NCBI GenBank assembly: GCA_021780615.1
Contig: JAJXYJ010000006.1
Location: forward strand, 1 to 62,593
Length of the DNA stretch: 62,593 bases
Reading direction: 5' to 3'
From: a bacterium
GTDB lineage: Bacteria; Patescibacteriota; Minisyncoccia; UBA6257; JAGOQP01
The position numbers were made by a program, and so were the translations under genes. Positions 25,898-37,700 of this stretch are shown here, one piece after another (position 1 is the stretch's first letter; each line of letters starts with the position of its first letter). Below the pieces are notes generated by a model. That model searched no databases. It was not told the DNA's origin and saw only the letters and a program-made list of their open reading frames with translations.

Positions 25898-26806
25898 TTA
25901 TGGGAGTTCGCGCAATGCTTTAATGCGTTCTTCTATGGGTGGATGCGTCATAAAGATGCGCACTAAAAAAGAATACTTTTTATGATACGGGCTATCTGCT
26001 TTGAACGGATTAACAAAAAACAAATGCGCTGTTGCTTCTTGAGGTTTTCGAAGCGGTTGATCGCCGGATATTTTTTCCAACGCGCTTGCGAGTCCTTCCG
26101 GATAACGCGTCAAAAGTGCTCCCGATGCATCGGCTAAAAACTCACGCTTGCGGGATATGGCAAGCTGGATAAGCGTGCCCACAATCGGCGCGATAATGAT
26201 GGCGATAAGGCCAATGATCATGAGGATGCCGCCCTGCCCTTCTCTGTCCCGATCGCGGCCACCGCCGCCCCACAAAAAACTGCGGGTAAAAATATTTGAG
26301 AGAATAGCCAAAAATCCGACCAGCACCACCACGACAGTAGAAAGGAGTGTGTCGTAGTTTCTAACATGAGACAATTCGTGTGCAATAACTCCTTCTAACT
26401 CCGTCTTATTGAGCTTTGCAAGAATTCCTGTGGTGACCGCAATTGCCGCATGTTTCGGATTGCGGCCGGTTGCAAACGCATTTGCTGACGCATCATTGAT
26501 GATATATATCTTGGGCATGGGAATGCCCGCGGTTATCGCCAAATTTTCAACAATGTGGTACAGCTCTGTATTGGTGGCGTGATCTGCTTCGTGAGCCCCG
26601 CTCATTTTCATAACCATCGTATCCGAATTCCAATATGCAGTTACATTCATGATGAGCGCGAATATGACTGCAATATAGAGAATGCCAGGATCCTGATAGA
26701 CGTATCCTAATATCCATCCAATACCGATGACGATAATCAAAAACAAGGCAAAAATAAGCCATGTTTTTCTGATATTAGTATCGCGAAATGAATAGAGAGT
26801 CGACAT
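25898..26806 (-). CDS. htpX: zinc metalloprotease HtpX (M48 family)
   Basis: Four-TM layout, HELSHV zinc motif and C-terminal THPPIEERI. Confidence 0.9.
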   Translation of the reverse strand: MSTLYSFRDTNIRKTWLIFALFLIIVIGIGWILGYVYQDPGILYIAVIFALIMNVTAYWNSDTMVMKMSGAHEADHATNTELYHIVENLAITAGIPMPKIYIINDASANAFATGRNPKHAAIAVTTGILAKLNKTELEGVIAHELSHVRNYDTLLSTVVVVLVGFLAILSNIFTRSFLWGGGGRDRDREGQGGILMIIGLIAIIIAPIVGTLIQLAISRKREFLADASGALLTRYPEGLASALEKISGDQPLRKPQEATAHLFFVNPFKADSPYHKKYSFLVRIFMTHPPIEERIKALRELP

Positions 26807-26928
26807 ATAATGAGTTGAAATTTACAAAATTAAAAAGAGAGATGCGTCCTGCCTTTAGCCTCCTGCCCTTATATTAGGGAAGGGTAAATATGTATATTCT
26901 TTATAAACCTTTCACTTTATAGCTTAGA

Positions 26929-27204
26929 TTATTCTCCTTCTTTTTCTTCTTCTGGAGATTTCTCTTCCAAGACAGATACTGCTTTCTCTTTTTTCTTCAT
27001 ATTACTAAAGAAGAAGTAGTACAAAATTTCCAATAATCCAAAAGTATTTAAAACTAACAAGGCCACAAACCACACCGGTTGGCGCTTTCCTGATGCCTTC
27101 CATAAAGACAATCCTTTCCATACAAGTGTCCAAATAGTTAAAAGAATAACAAGTGTCGGGTTTTGGCTAATGATTGTGTTGAAATTATTTACGATAGCAT
27201 TCAT
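26929..27204 (-). CDS. small membrane protein (DUF5652-like)
   Basis: 91 aa with two TMs, WKASGKRQPVWFVALLVLNTFGLLEILYYFFF. The family name is from memory, so only moderately sure. Confidence 0.55.
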   Translation of the reverse strand: MNAIVNNFNTIISQNPTLVILLTIWTLVWKGLSLWKASGKRQPVWFVALLVLNTFGLLEILYYFFFSNMKKKEKAVSVLEEKSPEEEKEGE

Positions 27205-27239
27205 ATATTTTTAATTATAGTTAATAATAGATATACATC

Positions 27240-27800
27240 CTAAAACTTTACTTGTACTGGATTACGTTCTGCATCATTTTCGGTTTGAAAAAATTCTTCT
27301 TGTTTAAAACCAAACGCGGATGCCATTAAATTTGTGGGAAATACCTGGATACGGTTATTAAGATCCATCACCATGCCATTGTAAAAACGGCGAGCCGCCT
27401 GAATCTTATTTTCAGTATCGGATAATTCTTCTTGCAACGCCAGAAAGTTTTGATTTGCTTTCAGGTCAGGATAATTTTCCGCAACGGCAAAAAGAGATTT
27501 AAGTGTTGAGGAGAGTTGATTTTCTGCTCCTGCTTTTTCGTCTTTTGTTTGTGCGCCCATAGCTTGTGTCCGTGCCTGTGTTACATCCTCAAAAACATTT
27601 TTTTCATGTGCGGCATATCCTTTGACTGTTTCTATCAAGTTCGGAATAAGATCATAACGACGCTTGAGCTGAACCTCAATATCCGACCATGCTTCTTTGA
27701 CGCGATTGCGTGTGCGGATGAGCGAATTGTACGCAAAAACAATCCACACCACGATAAGCGCGACAATGATCCAAATTAAATTCATTTGTACAAAATTCAT
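27240..27800 (-). CDS. lemA: LemA family protein
   Basis: N-terminal TM followed by YNSLIRTRNRVKEAWSDIEVQLKRRYDLIPNLIETVKGYAAHE, the LemA signature. Confidence 0.88.
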   Translation of the reverse strand: MNFVQMNLIWIIVALIVVWIVFAYNSLIRTRNRVKEAWSDIEVQLKRRYDLIPNLIETVKGYAAHEKNVFEDVTQARTQAMGAQTKDEKAGAENQLSSTLKSLFAVAENYPDLKANQNFLALQEELSDTENKIQAARRFYNGMVMDLNNRIQVFPTNLMASAFGFKQEEFFQTENDAERNPVQVKF

Positions 27801-27851
27801 GATAATAAAGTTATTAATAACATACGGCCTATGTCATATATGGTACACCCC

Positions 27852-28742
27852 TTATTGCGTGTTGTCTACGGCCACCGTGCCTTCAACAATCGCTTCAAAT
27901 ACATCGCCGTTTTTTTCAACAGATATGACGCGTACTTTTTTAAATGGATTCATTCCATTGATTTCAGTCAGCTCAGCAAAAGACAATTGATGATGTGACT
28001 CTTGTGCAGAAACACTTTTCTCTGATTCTTTTAAAAATGTTTCCGTATGCACGGTGATGCACGTTCGTTCATTAAGCATGTGCAGTGCTTCTATAACAGC
28101 TTGCTGAGGTGTTGCGCCCACAGCCTGCGCCGTGTAAGAACTGTCTTTTCCTTCAATATCAGATGGCGCGACATCGGACAGTATTTCGGTACTTCCACAA
28201 TACATGTTGCGGTAGGAATCAGACTTCTCGTTATTTTCTTCATACTTTAAGCTATGTGATTCGGAGGCTATGTAAATATGCTCAAGGACCGTTCCGACGG
28301 TATCTGGTATGGAGCCTTTCTGCGAAAGTGTTACCTGTTCATCCTCGGTGTATGTTCTCTTTTCAGAAAGTGATTCTAATCGGACAATCGCATTTTTATG
28401 AGCTTGCATACGAACTGCCGTGACTATTTCCTGCCACAGTGTATCAATGGATTGTTGATCGACATGTTTCATTTGCTCAATTCTATGTGCACTATTTTTT
28501 GGTGATTCAGGTATGGGCGTCTGCGCGTGTATTTCTGTTGCCGATCCAAAAAGAAGCGCGAATGCAAGAGCTTTAATATATCCTGCTCCCTTTTCACGCA
28601 CCGATTCAAAAAGAGACTTTTTATCCTCAGGAAGTTGCACGAGACCCGCTTCGCTTTCACGATTTTTATCCAGCACATGACGGCGTTGAATCAGGTGGCC
28701 GCTATTTTCCGCTGAAGTTTCGTAGATAGGCATTTTTTCCAT
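27852..28742 (-). CDS. hypothetical protein with one TM/signal-anchor
   Basis: 296-aa ORF, hydrophobic segment ALAFALLFGSATEIHA. No recognisable domain. Confidence 0.5.
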   Translation of the reverse strand: MEKMPIYETSAENSGHLIQRRHVLDKNRESEAGLVQLPEDKKSLFESVREKGAGYIKALAFALLFGSATEIHAQTPIPESPKNSAHRIEQMKHVDQQSIDTLWQEIVTAVRMQAHKNAIVRLESLSEKRTYTEDEQVTLSQKGSIPDTVGTVLEHIYIASESHSLKYEENNEKSDSYRNMYCGSTEILSDVAPSDIEGKDSSYTAQAVGATPQQAVIEALHMLNERTCITVHTETFLKESEKSVSAQESHHQLSFAELTEINGMNPFKKVRVISVEKNGDVFEAIVEGTVAVDNTQ

Positions 28743-28829
28743 ATACGTACACTATATACATCGGATACACAAAAGCAAACACCCTCATCTGAGGGTGTTT
28801 GCTTTATGGAAAATATACATGAATATATA

Positions 28830-30597
<1,768 letters not shown>

Positions 30598-30607
30598 TGC
30601 TACTTCC

Positions 30608-30904
30608 TCACTGTTCCACGACCGCTAATACATCTTCTTCGCTGGCGACCATGATTTTTTCTCCATCAATCTCAATCTCGTCAGGGCCGTATTTTTTAAA
30701 TAGCACCGTATCTCCTACCTTCACCGACATGGGCATATAATTTCCCTTCTCGTCTTTTTTACCGGGGCCGACAGCAAGAATCTCACCGCGTGTGGGCTTT
30801 TCTGTTGCGTTATCAGGAAGCACAATGCCCGACGATGTGACCTTTTCCTCATCTAGAGGCTTTATAATGATATGGTCCGATAACGGACGTAGTGTTGTTT
30901 TCAT
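30608..30904 (-). CDS. groES: co-chaperonin GroES
   Basis: LRPLSDHIIIKPLDEEKVTSSGIVLPDNATEKPTRGEILAVGPG. Confidence 0.95.
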   Translation of the reverse strand: MKTTLRPLSDHIIIKPLDEEKVTSSGIVLPDNATEKPTRGEILAVGPGKKDEKGNYMPMSVKVGDTVLFKKYGPDEIEIDGEKIMVASEEDVLAVVEQ

Positions 30905-31124
30905 ATATAGTGTGTGTAATTAAATTAAATAGCACTCTTAAATAATCGTATGCGGATACCGTATAGATTACTTAATAGTAAGATACTGAAGATGTCCCTA
31001 TTGTAGCGGCAGAGCCAAAGAAGTCAACCCCCCACAAATTCAAAAAATTCTTCTTATTCTCACATTCTCAAGAATATGAGAACAAAGGAAAAAATAAATG
31101 CCGCCTTATTAAAGACGGCAAAAC

Positions 31125-31460
31125 TTATTTAATGGAGTGTTTTTTGCCAAAAAACTCCTTTTTAAATTCTTTTGTAACACCCGGTATAGCCCACCATAAG
31201 AAGGTGGCAAAACCGGCAAATATGAAATACCTGGAATCAATTTCATAGCCAGTGATTATAATATGATATATAATCGCTAATATTCCAATGAAAAGTAATC
31301 CTGATAACAAAAGAAAAAATTTTGCCTCGGAAGAAAATGATTTAAAATCACTTTCTTTTCTTGCAAAAATGTGCGTTTTGTTTTTTTTGTAAGAAGAGAT
31401 TCCCATTTTCAAAAATAAAAATGAGAAAACTCCAAGCACAATTATTGCTACTAATTCCAT
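31125..31460 (-). CDS. hypothetical small membrane protein (3-4 TM)
   Basis: Start taken at the ATG at 31460 (MELVAIIVLGVFSFLFL...). No known motif. Confidence 0.5.
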   Translation of the reverse strand: MELVAIIVLGVFSFLFLKMGISSYKKNKTHIFARKESDFKSFSSEAKFFLLLSGLLFIGILAIIYHIIITGYEIDSRYFIFAGFATFLWWAIPGVTKEFKKEFFGKKHSIK

Positions 31461-31600
31461 AATAACTCCTATTTTATTTTTTTTAAATGTTCTAATTTCA
31501 CTTTCAGGGTTTATATTATACCATAATATATGCCATTTTGTCAATATATCACCAAAGACCATGGTATGGCCTTTTTCTTAACTTTTTTAAAATTTATTTT

Positions 31601-32665
31601 CTATTCGTCTTCTGTATGCGCTGGTTTATCAAGTTGCATCGTTTCAATGCCCGCCGCTTCCCCTGTTACGCGCATGACGTCTTTGTCTATCTTACCCAAT
31701 TCTTTTGACGCAGCATTGTATGAATTGACGGTCGTGCTCAAATTATTGCCCACTTTTTGAAAATACATATCATACGCCCTCAGGTGCTTGGAAAGATCTT
31801 CCACTTTTTTAATGATGTCTTGCGCCGATTTTTCTATGGTAAATGCACGGTAGCCATAGAGCACTGACTGCAGGTAGGCGGCAAATGTCGTCGGTGATAC
31901 GATAATAACATTCTTATCTTTGTATGCGTAATCGATAAGGTTGCGCGTGTTTACCTTGACCGCACCCACCTCGTTAATAAGCAAATCGTAATAAATGCCT
32001 TCAGCGGGAATAAACATGAACGCGAAGGGCAACGTTCCTTCGTTGGGGCGGATATATTTTGCCGTTTCATCGATGCGTTTTTTAAGATCATTTTTAAATT
32101 CTTTCTGCAGTTCTTCCCTCTTTGCTTCATCGTCCTCGTTAATGACTCGATTATAATTATCCAGCGAAAACTTGGCATCCACGGGAATAAATCCTTCTTT
32201 GGTTACGATAACCGCATCGGCTTTTTCGCCGTTTTTGAATTCATATTGCAGTTTATACGCATCGGGCGGCAGAATATTGCTCAAGATGAGTTCCAACCCC
32301 GCTTCCCCGAGATTCCCCCGCTGTTTTTGGTTTTTGAGCACTTTCTCAAGGTTCTGCAGCTGTTCGGTGATACCAAATACCTGCTTGTTGGTCTCTTTCA
32401 CTTCAGTTAATTGCGTGGTGATGTCTTTAATGAGCTGTTGGGAGTGGGAAAATTGCATACGCACCTGATCCTGCATTTCACGATTTGATTGCCCTAGTTT
32501 GCTATCAAGCGTTTTTGAAATTTCCTGCATTTGACTCTGCAAGAGCATTAGTGATGCATCGGAAGGCTTTTTTTCTTGCATCGCTTTTTTGAGCATGGCA
32601 TACACTGCCGCAATAACGACAATCTGCAATACGACAAATATAATAATAATCGTTCCCGCATCCAT
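31601..32665 (-). CDS. rmuC: DNA recombination protein RmuC
   Basis: N-terminal TM, coiled coil, then EKADAVIVTKEGFIPVDAKFSLDNY and FMFIPAEGIYY, typical of RmuC. The long ORF begins with GTG at 32704; ATG at 32665 is preferred. Confidence 0.85.
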   Translation of the reverse strand: MDAGTIIIIFVVLQIVVIAAVYAMLKKAMQEKKPSDASLMLLQSQMQEISKTLDSKLGQSNREMQDQVRMQFSHSQQLIKDITTQLTEVKETNKQVFGITEQLQNLEKVLKNQKQRGNLGEAGLELILSNILPPDAYKLQYEFKNGEKADAVIVTKEGFIPVDAKFSLDNYNRVINEDDEAKREELQKEFKNDLKKRIDETAKYIRPNEGTLPFAFMFIPAEGIYYDLLINEVGAVKVNTRNLIDYAYKDKNVIIVSPTTFAAYLQSVLYGYRAFTIEKSAQDIIKKVEDLSKHLRAYDMYFQKVGNNLSTTVNSYNAASKELGKIDKDVMRVTGEAAGIETMQLDKPAHTEDE

Positions 32666-32814
32666 AAAGATATGTAATGCGGATATTGTATCACTACATA
32701 TCACAAAAACAAAACCATATTTATTATTTTAGAATGATTTATTTGCCTTCTTGCCTCTATTCTGGTATCTCTATATAAGTTCTAGAAATATTTTAAACAA
32801 ATAAGGAGTCTATT

Positions 32815-33066
32815 GTGGAAAAAACAAAGGTTGTTGTCCAGCAAGGGACGGATAAAATGCATCGCCTTACCTGTAGCGCATGTGGCAAACTCCTCAAAGG
32901 AGACATTGCTTTCACGAGCAACGGAAAAGTTAGTCTATTTGTGGTATGCGGTTTCTGTAAAGAACTCAATCCGATACATTTACATGAGATTGCTTCCCAG
33001 ATACCGCCAGATCTTCCCTTATTTGATGTCCTTCACTTCCGTACGCGGATAGAAAAGGAGGAATAG
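32815..33066 (+). CDS. hypothetical small CxxC...CxxC zinc-ribbon-like protein
   Basis: GTG start 6 nt after SD AAGGAG. CSACGK...CGFCKE. Followed by a terminator-like hairpin near 33082-33112. Confidence 0.5.
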   Translation: MEKTKVVVQQGTDKMHRLTCSACGKLLKGDIAFTSNGKVSLFVVCGFCKELNPIHLHEIASQIPPDLPLFDVLHFRTRIEKEE

Positions 33067-33150
33067 CCATGCAGACATAACGCCCCCATCATTATATGTG
33101 GGGCATTTTTTTGTAAAAACTAGAAAATAAAATTTATATTTTAAAACCAC

Positions 33151-33192
33151 AATCCTGACATTCTCTGACGATCGTCAGAGAATGTCAGGATT
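33151..33192. terminator. perfect 42-nt palindrome between convergent genes (probable bidirectional terminator)
   Basis: AATCCTGACATTCTCTGACGA|TCGTCAGAGAATGTCAGGATT. I checked that the two 21-nt halves are exact reverse complements. Confidence 0.6.
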
Positions 33193-33413
33193 TATTTTTC
33201 TATAAGGAATGTTTTATGTTTTGACGATGCTCCGCGGACGAGTGTGACAAGAGATTTTGATACGTGAAAATAATCCCCAAGCTGGCGAATAATATCTTCA
33301 TTGGCTTTGTTTTCAATTGAGGGCTTTGTCGTTTTGACCACATACTCCCCTTCCGCTATTTGTTCCACGCCATCCGTATGCTTGGTTAGTTTTATGTGAA
33401 CGGTGATGCGCAT
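33192..33413 (-). CDS. DUF167 (YggU) family protein
   Basis: MRITVHIKLTKHTDGVEQI...ENKANEDIIRQLGDYFHVSKSLVTLVRGASSKHKTFLIE. Confidence 0.75.
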   Translation of the reverse strand: MRITVHIKLTKHTDGVEQIAEGEYVVKTTKPSIENKANEDIIRQLGDYFHVSKSLVTLVRGASSKHKTFLIEK

Positions 33414-33535
33414 GAGACACGTGTAAAGTAAAAAATTTATTTCAAATTTTTTTAATACTTGATGTTTGGAATGTGTCCAATGATTCAATTCTCGATTCCT
33501 AGTTACTATTTACCAATTACCATTTTACTTGCAAC

Positions 33536-36484
33536 TCACAAGTAGCGTCCCGTCGCCGTCTTTTTTCTTTTTGCTTCATCGATAGTCCCCTCAAATATAA
33601 TTCTTCCTCCTTCGTCTCCCCCCTTAGGGCCCAATTCTATCATCCAATCCGCCTCTTTTATCACATCAAGGTTGTGTTCAATAATGACCACTGTATTTCC
33701 TTTAAGTACCAGCGATCGGAGAATGTAGAGCAACTTTTTGGTATCGTCAAAATGAAGCCCTACCGTCGGCTCATCCAAAATATACATGGTTCTGCCGGTA
33801 AAACGTTTTGAAAGTTCTTCGGCAAGCTTGATACGCTGTGCCTCGCCCCCTGAAAGCGTCGTGGCTGATTGTCCGAGTTTCATATATCCCAGTCCGATGT
33901 TATCCAACAATTGCAGTTTATCGGCAATTTGTGAAAATGATTCAAAGAATATCACTGCGTCGCGCACCGACATATCCAGCACATCAGCAATGCTTTTGCC
34001 TCGATACCGCACATCCAATACTTCGGGTGAAAATCGCGTGCCGCCGCACACATCACATTCCACATACATATCCGGCAAAAAATACATTTCCACCTTTTTA
34101 AATCCTTCTCCCTTACACGCCTCACAGCGTCCCGGCTTTACATTGAAACTGAAGTATGACGGGTTGTATCCTCGAATCTGTGATTCTTCCAGGCGCGCAT
34201 ACAATTGCCGTATGGGAGTAAAGATTCCGGTGTAGGTTGCCGGATTTGAACGAGGTGTTTTTCCAATAGGACTTTGATCAATAATGATAACCTTGTCGAT
34301 TTTATCTTGTCGTTCCAAGGTCTCATAGGTGCCGGGCACAACCAAGAGTTTGGATACTTCTTTTTGTAGTGCCTTGGCAAACACATCTAATATAAGCGTG
34401 CTTTTCCCCGAACCTGACACGCCAGCAACAACAACAAATCTACGCAACGGTATTGTTACCGTCACATGCTTTAAATTAAACTGTGAAGCTCCCGTAAGAG
34501 CAATAGTATCGTCAGCGCTAAATTCTTTACCATTTTTTACCAAACCTGAGGCAACTTTTTCTCTGCCAGAAAGATATTTTCCGGTTAGTGTTTTTGATTT
34601 CAGTAGTTCTGCAGGCGTACCCATAAAAACCACCTCACCTCCTTCAACGCCGGCGCGCGGACCAATTTCTATAACCCAATCGGCATGTTCAATGACTCGC
34701 TCATCATGCTCCACCACCACTACGGTATTTTGCAAATCACGTAAATATTTAAGTGTAGCGATGAGGCGATCAGTATCATGCGGATGCAGACCAATAGTCG
34801 GTTCATCTAACACATAAATAACTCCTGAGAGTCCTGATCCTAATTGCGTTGCTAAACGAATACGTTGATTTTCTCCCACTGACAGTGTGGTTGCCCCACG
34901 AGCTACGGTCATATATTCAAGCCCCACATCAACAAGAAATGATAATTTTGTGCTTATTTCTTTAATAATAGCTAACGCGATTGTTTTTTGATTTTCATTT
35001 AAATCACTAGTGTCTTTAAAAAAGGCAATGATGTCGCGTGCGGGCATAGAAGCAACGTCATAAATATTTTTTCCTTTGAATAATACCGCCAACACCTCGG
35101 GACGCAATCGTGAGCCGTTGCATGCGGGACAAATCTGTTCCCGCATATATTTAGAAAGTTCGTGACGGATAAATTCTGAGTCGGTTTCATAATAGAGCCG
35201 TTCTAGTCGCGGAATCACTCCTTCAAAAAATGTTTTACCACGCCACTCGCCATCTTGCAGTTCAATATGTTCTTCTTTGTTACCGTATAAAATAAGCTGA
35301 CGCACCTCTAGGGGAATTTTTTTAAACGGCGTGGATGATTTGAGGCCATGCTGTTCCAAAATGGTATTAGTCACAAACTGTTGCCAGTTAACACCCATAG
35401 AGCGCTTGGCAATACGACTCAAAGAAAACCATGGCAAGATGGCGCCCGCCTCCAGTGAAATGTCTTCGTTAATGAGTAGTGAGAGATCTATTTCCAGCTT
35501 CGTGCCCAATCCCTGGCAGGTGGAACATGCACCCTGGGGGCTATTAAAGGAAAATAAGCGGGGTTCTACATGCGGCATCGAAAATCCGCATGTTGGGCAA
35601 GCATATCGCTCTGAAAAAGTAACATCTTTTTCTTTCTGTTTTTTGGGATTAAGAGGTTGTAAGTGCGCCACCAAAACACCCTTGCCGATATGCAAGGCTT
35701 TTCTGACTTTTTCTATGAGCTCAATGTGATCTTCTTTGGCAATCCTTTCTAAGCGTTTCTTTTTTGTCTTTAATGCTTCACGTTCTGCCTTGGAAATATT
35801 TTTTTCTATTTCTATTTTAAAATTAGTCAGAAATCGCCCCACGACTACTTCAATGGTGTGTTTTTTATTTTTATCCAAATCTTTTTGTTTTGCTTCTGCA
35901 ACAGGATACAACAATCCATCCACTCGTACACGAGCATATCCGGATCGCTCTATTTCTTCGAAAACCGCCCGATGCTCCCCTTTTTTATCGACAATAATTG
36001 GTGCCAAAATAGATACTTCATATTCTTTTGAATATGTACTTATGTGATTGGCAATTTCCTGTGGTGTTTGAGCGGTAATGGGAACATGATCGTTAGGGCA
36101 ATACGGCACACCTGCGCGTGCAAAAAGCAGGCGCAAATGGTCATACACTTCCGTAATGGTTCCTACTGTTGAACGCGGATTAGACGAAACGCTTTTTTGA
36201 TTAATCGCAAGTGTTGGAGAAAGCCCAATAATTTTAGATACATCCGGCTTTTTAAAGCCACCTAAAAATTGCCGCACATACGATGAAAGCCCCTCCAGAT
36301 ATCGCCGCTGACCTTCTTCGTAGAGTGTATCAAACGCCAATGACGACTTACCTGAACCCGAAACACCACAAATAACCACCAATTTATTTTTGGGGATTTT
36401 TACGTCTATATTTTTGAGGTTGTGCACTTTGGCGCCCTCCACTTCAATATAGTCATTTGATTTAGGTGATTGTGTCATTGACAT
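33536..36484 (-). CDS. uvrA: excinuclease ABC subunit A
   Basis: Two ABC modules ([26 protein letters not shown]), zinc modules ([32 protein letters not shown]) and [12 protein letters not shown]. Confidence 0.97.
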   Translation of the reverse strand: MSMTQSPKSNDYIEVEGAKVHNLKNIDVKIPKNKLVVICGVSGSGKSSLAFDTLYEEGQRRYLEGLSSYVRQFLGGFKKPDVSKIIGLSPTLAINQKSVSSNPRSTVGTITEVYDHLRLLFARAGVPYCPNDHVPITAQTPQEIANHISTYSKEYEVSILAPIIVDKKGEHRAVFEEIERSGYARVRVDGLLYPVAEAKQKDLDKNKKHTIEVVVGRFLTNFKIEIEKNISKAEREALKTKKKRLERIAKEDHIELIEKVRKALHIGKGVLVAHLQPLNPKKQKEKDVTFSERYACPTCGFSMPHVEPRLFSFNSPQGACSTCQGLGTKLEIDLSLLINEDISLEAGAILPWFSLSRIAKRSMGVNWQQFVTNTILEQHGLKSSTPFKKIPLEVRQLILYGNKEEHIELQDGEWRGKTFFEGVIPRLERLYYETDSEFIRHELSKYMREQICPACNGSRLRPEVLAVLFKGKNIYDVASMPARDIIAFFKDTSDLNENQKTIALAIIKEISTKLSFLVDVGLEYMTVARGATTLSVGENQRIRLATQLGSGLSGVIYVLDEPTIGLHPHDTDRLIATLKYLRDLQNTVVVVEHDERVIEHADWVIEIGPRAGVEGGEVVFMGTPAELLKSKTLTGKYLSGREKVASGLVKNGKEFSADDTIALTGASQFNLKHVTVTIPLRRFVVVAGVSGSGKSTLILDVFAKALQKEVSKLLVVPGTYETLERQDKIDKVIIIDQSPIGKTPRSNPATYTGIFTPIRQLYARLEESQIRGYNPSYFSFNVKPGRCEACKGEGFKKVEMYFLPDMYVECDVCGGTRFSPEVLDVRYRGKSIADVLDMSVRDAVIFFESFSQIADKLQLLDNIGLGYMKLGQSATTLSGGEAQRIKLAEELSKRFTGRTMYILDEPTVGLHFDDTKKLLYILRSLVLKGNTVVIIEHNLDVIKEADWMIELGPKGGDEGGRIIFEGTIDEAKRKKTATGRYL

Positions 36485-36561
36485 AGCAATAGGTTATTGT
36501 ACAGGATTTTTGAGTTAGTTCAATGGTAGCTGGAGAGGGATTTTTATTATACAATCATCCT

Positions 36562-37599
36562 ATGACCGCAAAGCTTCAAAAAATCATTGCCGAACTTCCT
36601 CAAAAGCCGGGAGTATATTTTTTCAAAAATAGAAAGGAAGAGATTCTCTATATCGGCAAGGCAAAAAATATTAAAAAGCGCATCCAGTCGCACTTCGCTT
36701 CAAAGGGCAATTTTGGAAATTTTTATTCACAAGCTAGAAACATTGATTTCATACAAACCCGCACGGAGAAAGACGCATTCATTCTTGAAAATGAACTGAT
36801 TAAAAAATATCAACCGAAATACAACGCCGAATTAAAGGATGATAAAAATTATGCATTCGTTGTTTTAACCGATGAGGCATACCCAAAGGTGGTCGTGACT
36901 CACCAACCTAAAACCACACAGGGTACTGCTATTGGGCCTTTTATTAGCACCAGAGAACTTAAAAAATTTCTCTTTGATATCAGAAACATATTTCCTTATC
37001 GTACCTGTAAAAATGGCGTTGATAAGCCGTGTTTGTATTATCACTTAGGATTATGTGCCGCGCATGGTAAGGAAGCACAACATTATTCCTTAATTATGGC
37101 GGGCCTTGAAACAAGTATTCGTATGTACAATGGTGAAAAAAAACATCTAGAATGTTATGACATATCAAATACCCAAGGATCACTTTCTGTGGGCTCTATG
37201 GTTACCTTCAAGGGAAGTCGGCCTGATAAAAATCTATATCGTAAGTTTAAGATAAAAACCGTGCATGGTGCCGATGATCCACGATCACTTAAAGAAATAT
37301 TGGAACGTCGACTGACTCATACTGAATGGCGCTATCCGGATATGCTCATAGTTGATGGAGGTAAATCACAGTTATCAGCACTCAAAAAAATCCCCCTCCC
37401 CCTCATCGGCCTTGCCAAAGATCACCGCGCCAAAAGTGATGCTTCTCTTTTTTCTCCCTTTGGGCATGGGCCCGTGTCCTTGCGCGTCATGCCGGAAAGT
37501 ATTCGTACCACCCTCCTACGAGCTCGTGATGAAGCGCATCGATTCGCCATCACCTATCATCGCGCCAGAAGACTTCAAGAAATAAAACAAAACTCATAG
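36562..37599 (+). CDS. uvrC: excinuclease ABC subunit C, minimal form (GIY-YIG plus RNase-H-like endonuclease domain)
   Basis: PGVYFFKNRKEEILYIGKAKNIKKRIQSHF (GIY-YIG), ECYDISNTQG...IVDGGKSQL...RDEAHRFAITYHR. Only 345 aa. No UvrB-binding UVR motif or (HhH)2 is visible. Confidence 0.85.
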   Translation: MTAKLQKIIAELPQKPGVYFFKNRKEEILYIGKAKNIKKRIQSHFASKGNFGNFYSQARNIDFIQTRTEKDAFILENELIKKYQPKYNAELKDDKNYAFVVLTDEAYPKVVVTHQPKTTQGTAIGPFISTRELKKFLFDIRNIFPYRTCKNGVDKPCLYYHLGLCAAHGKEAQHYSLIMAGLETSIRMYNGEKKHLECYDISNTQGSLSVGSMVTFKGSRPDKNLYRKFKIKTVHGADDPRSLKEILERRLTHTEWRYPDMLIVDGGKSQLSALKKIPLPLIGLAKDHRAKSDASLFSPFGHGPVSLRVMPESIRTTLLRARDEAHRFAITYHRARRLQEIKQNS

Positions 37600-37700
37600 C
37601 TCATAAACACATTCTCTTTGGGAGTATGCTGTTGCGCTTTCTGTTTTTTACCGTACACTAAAGGATTATCATCAAAAGAATACATTATATCGTTTACACT

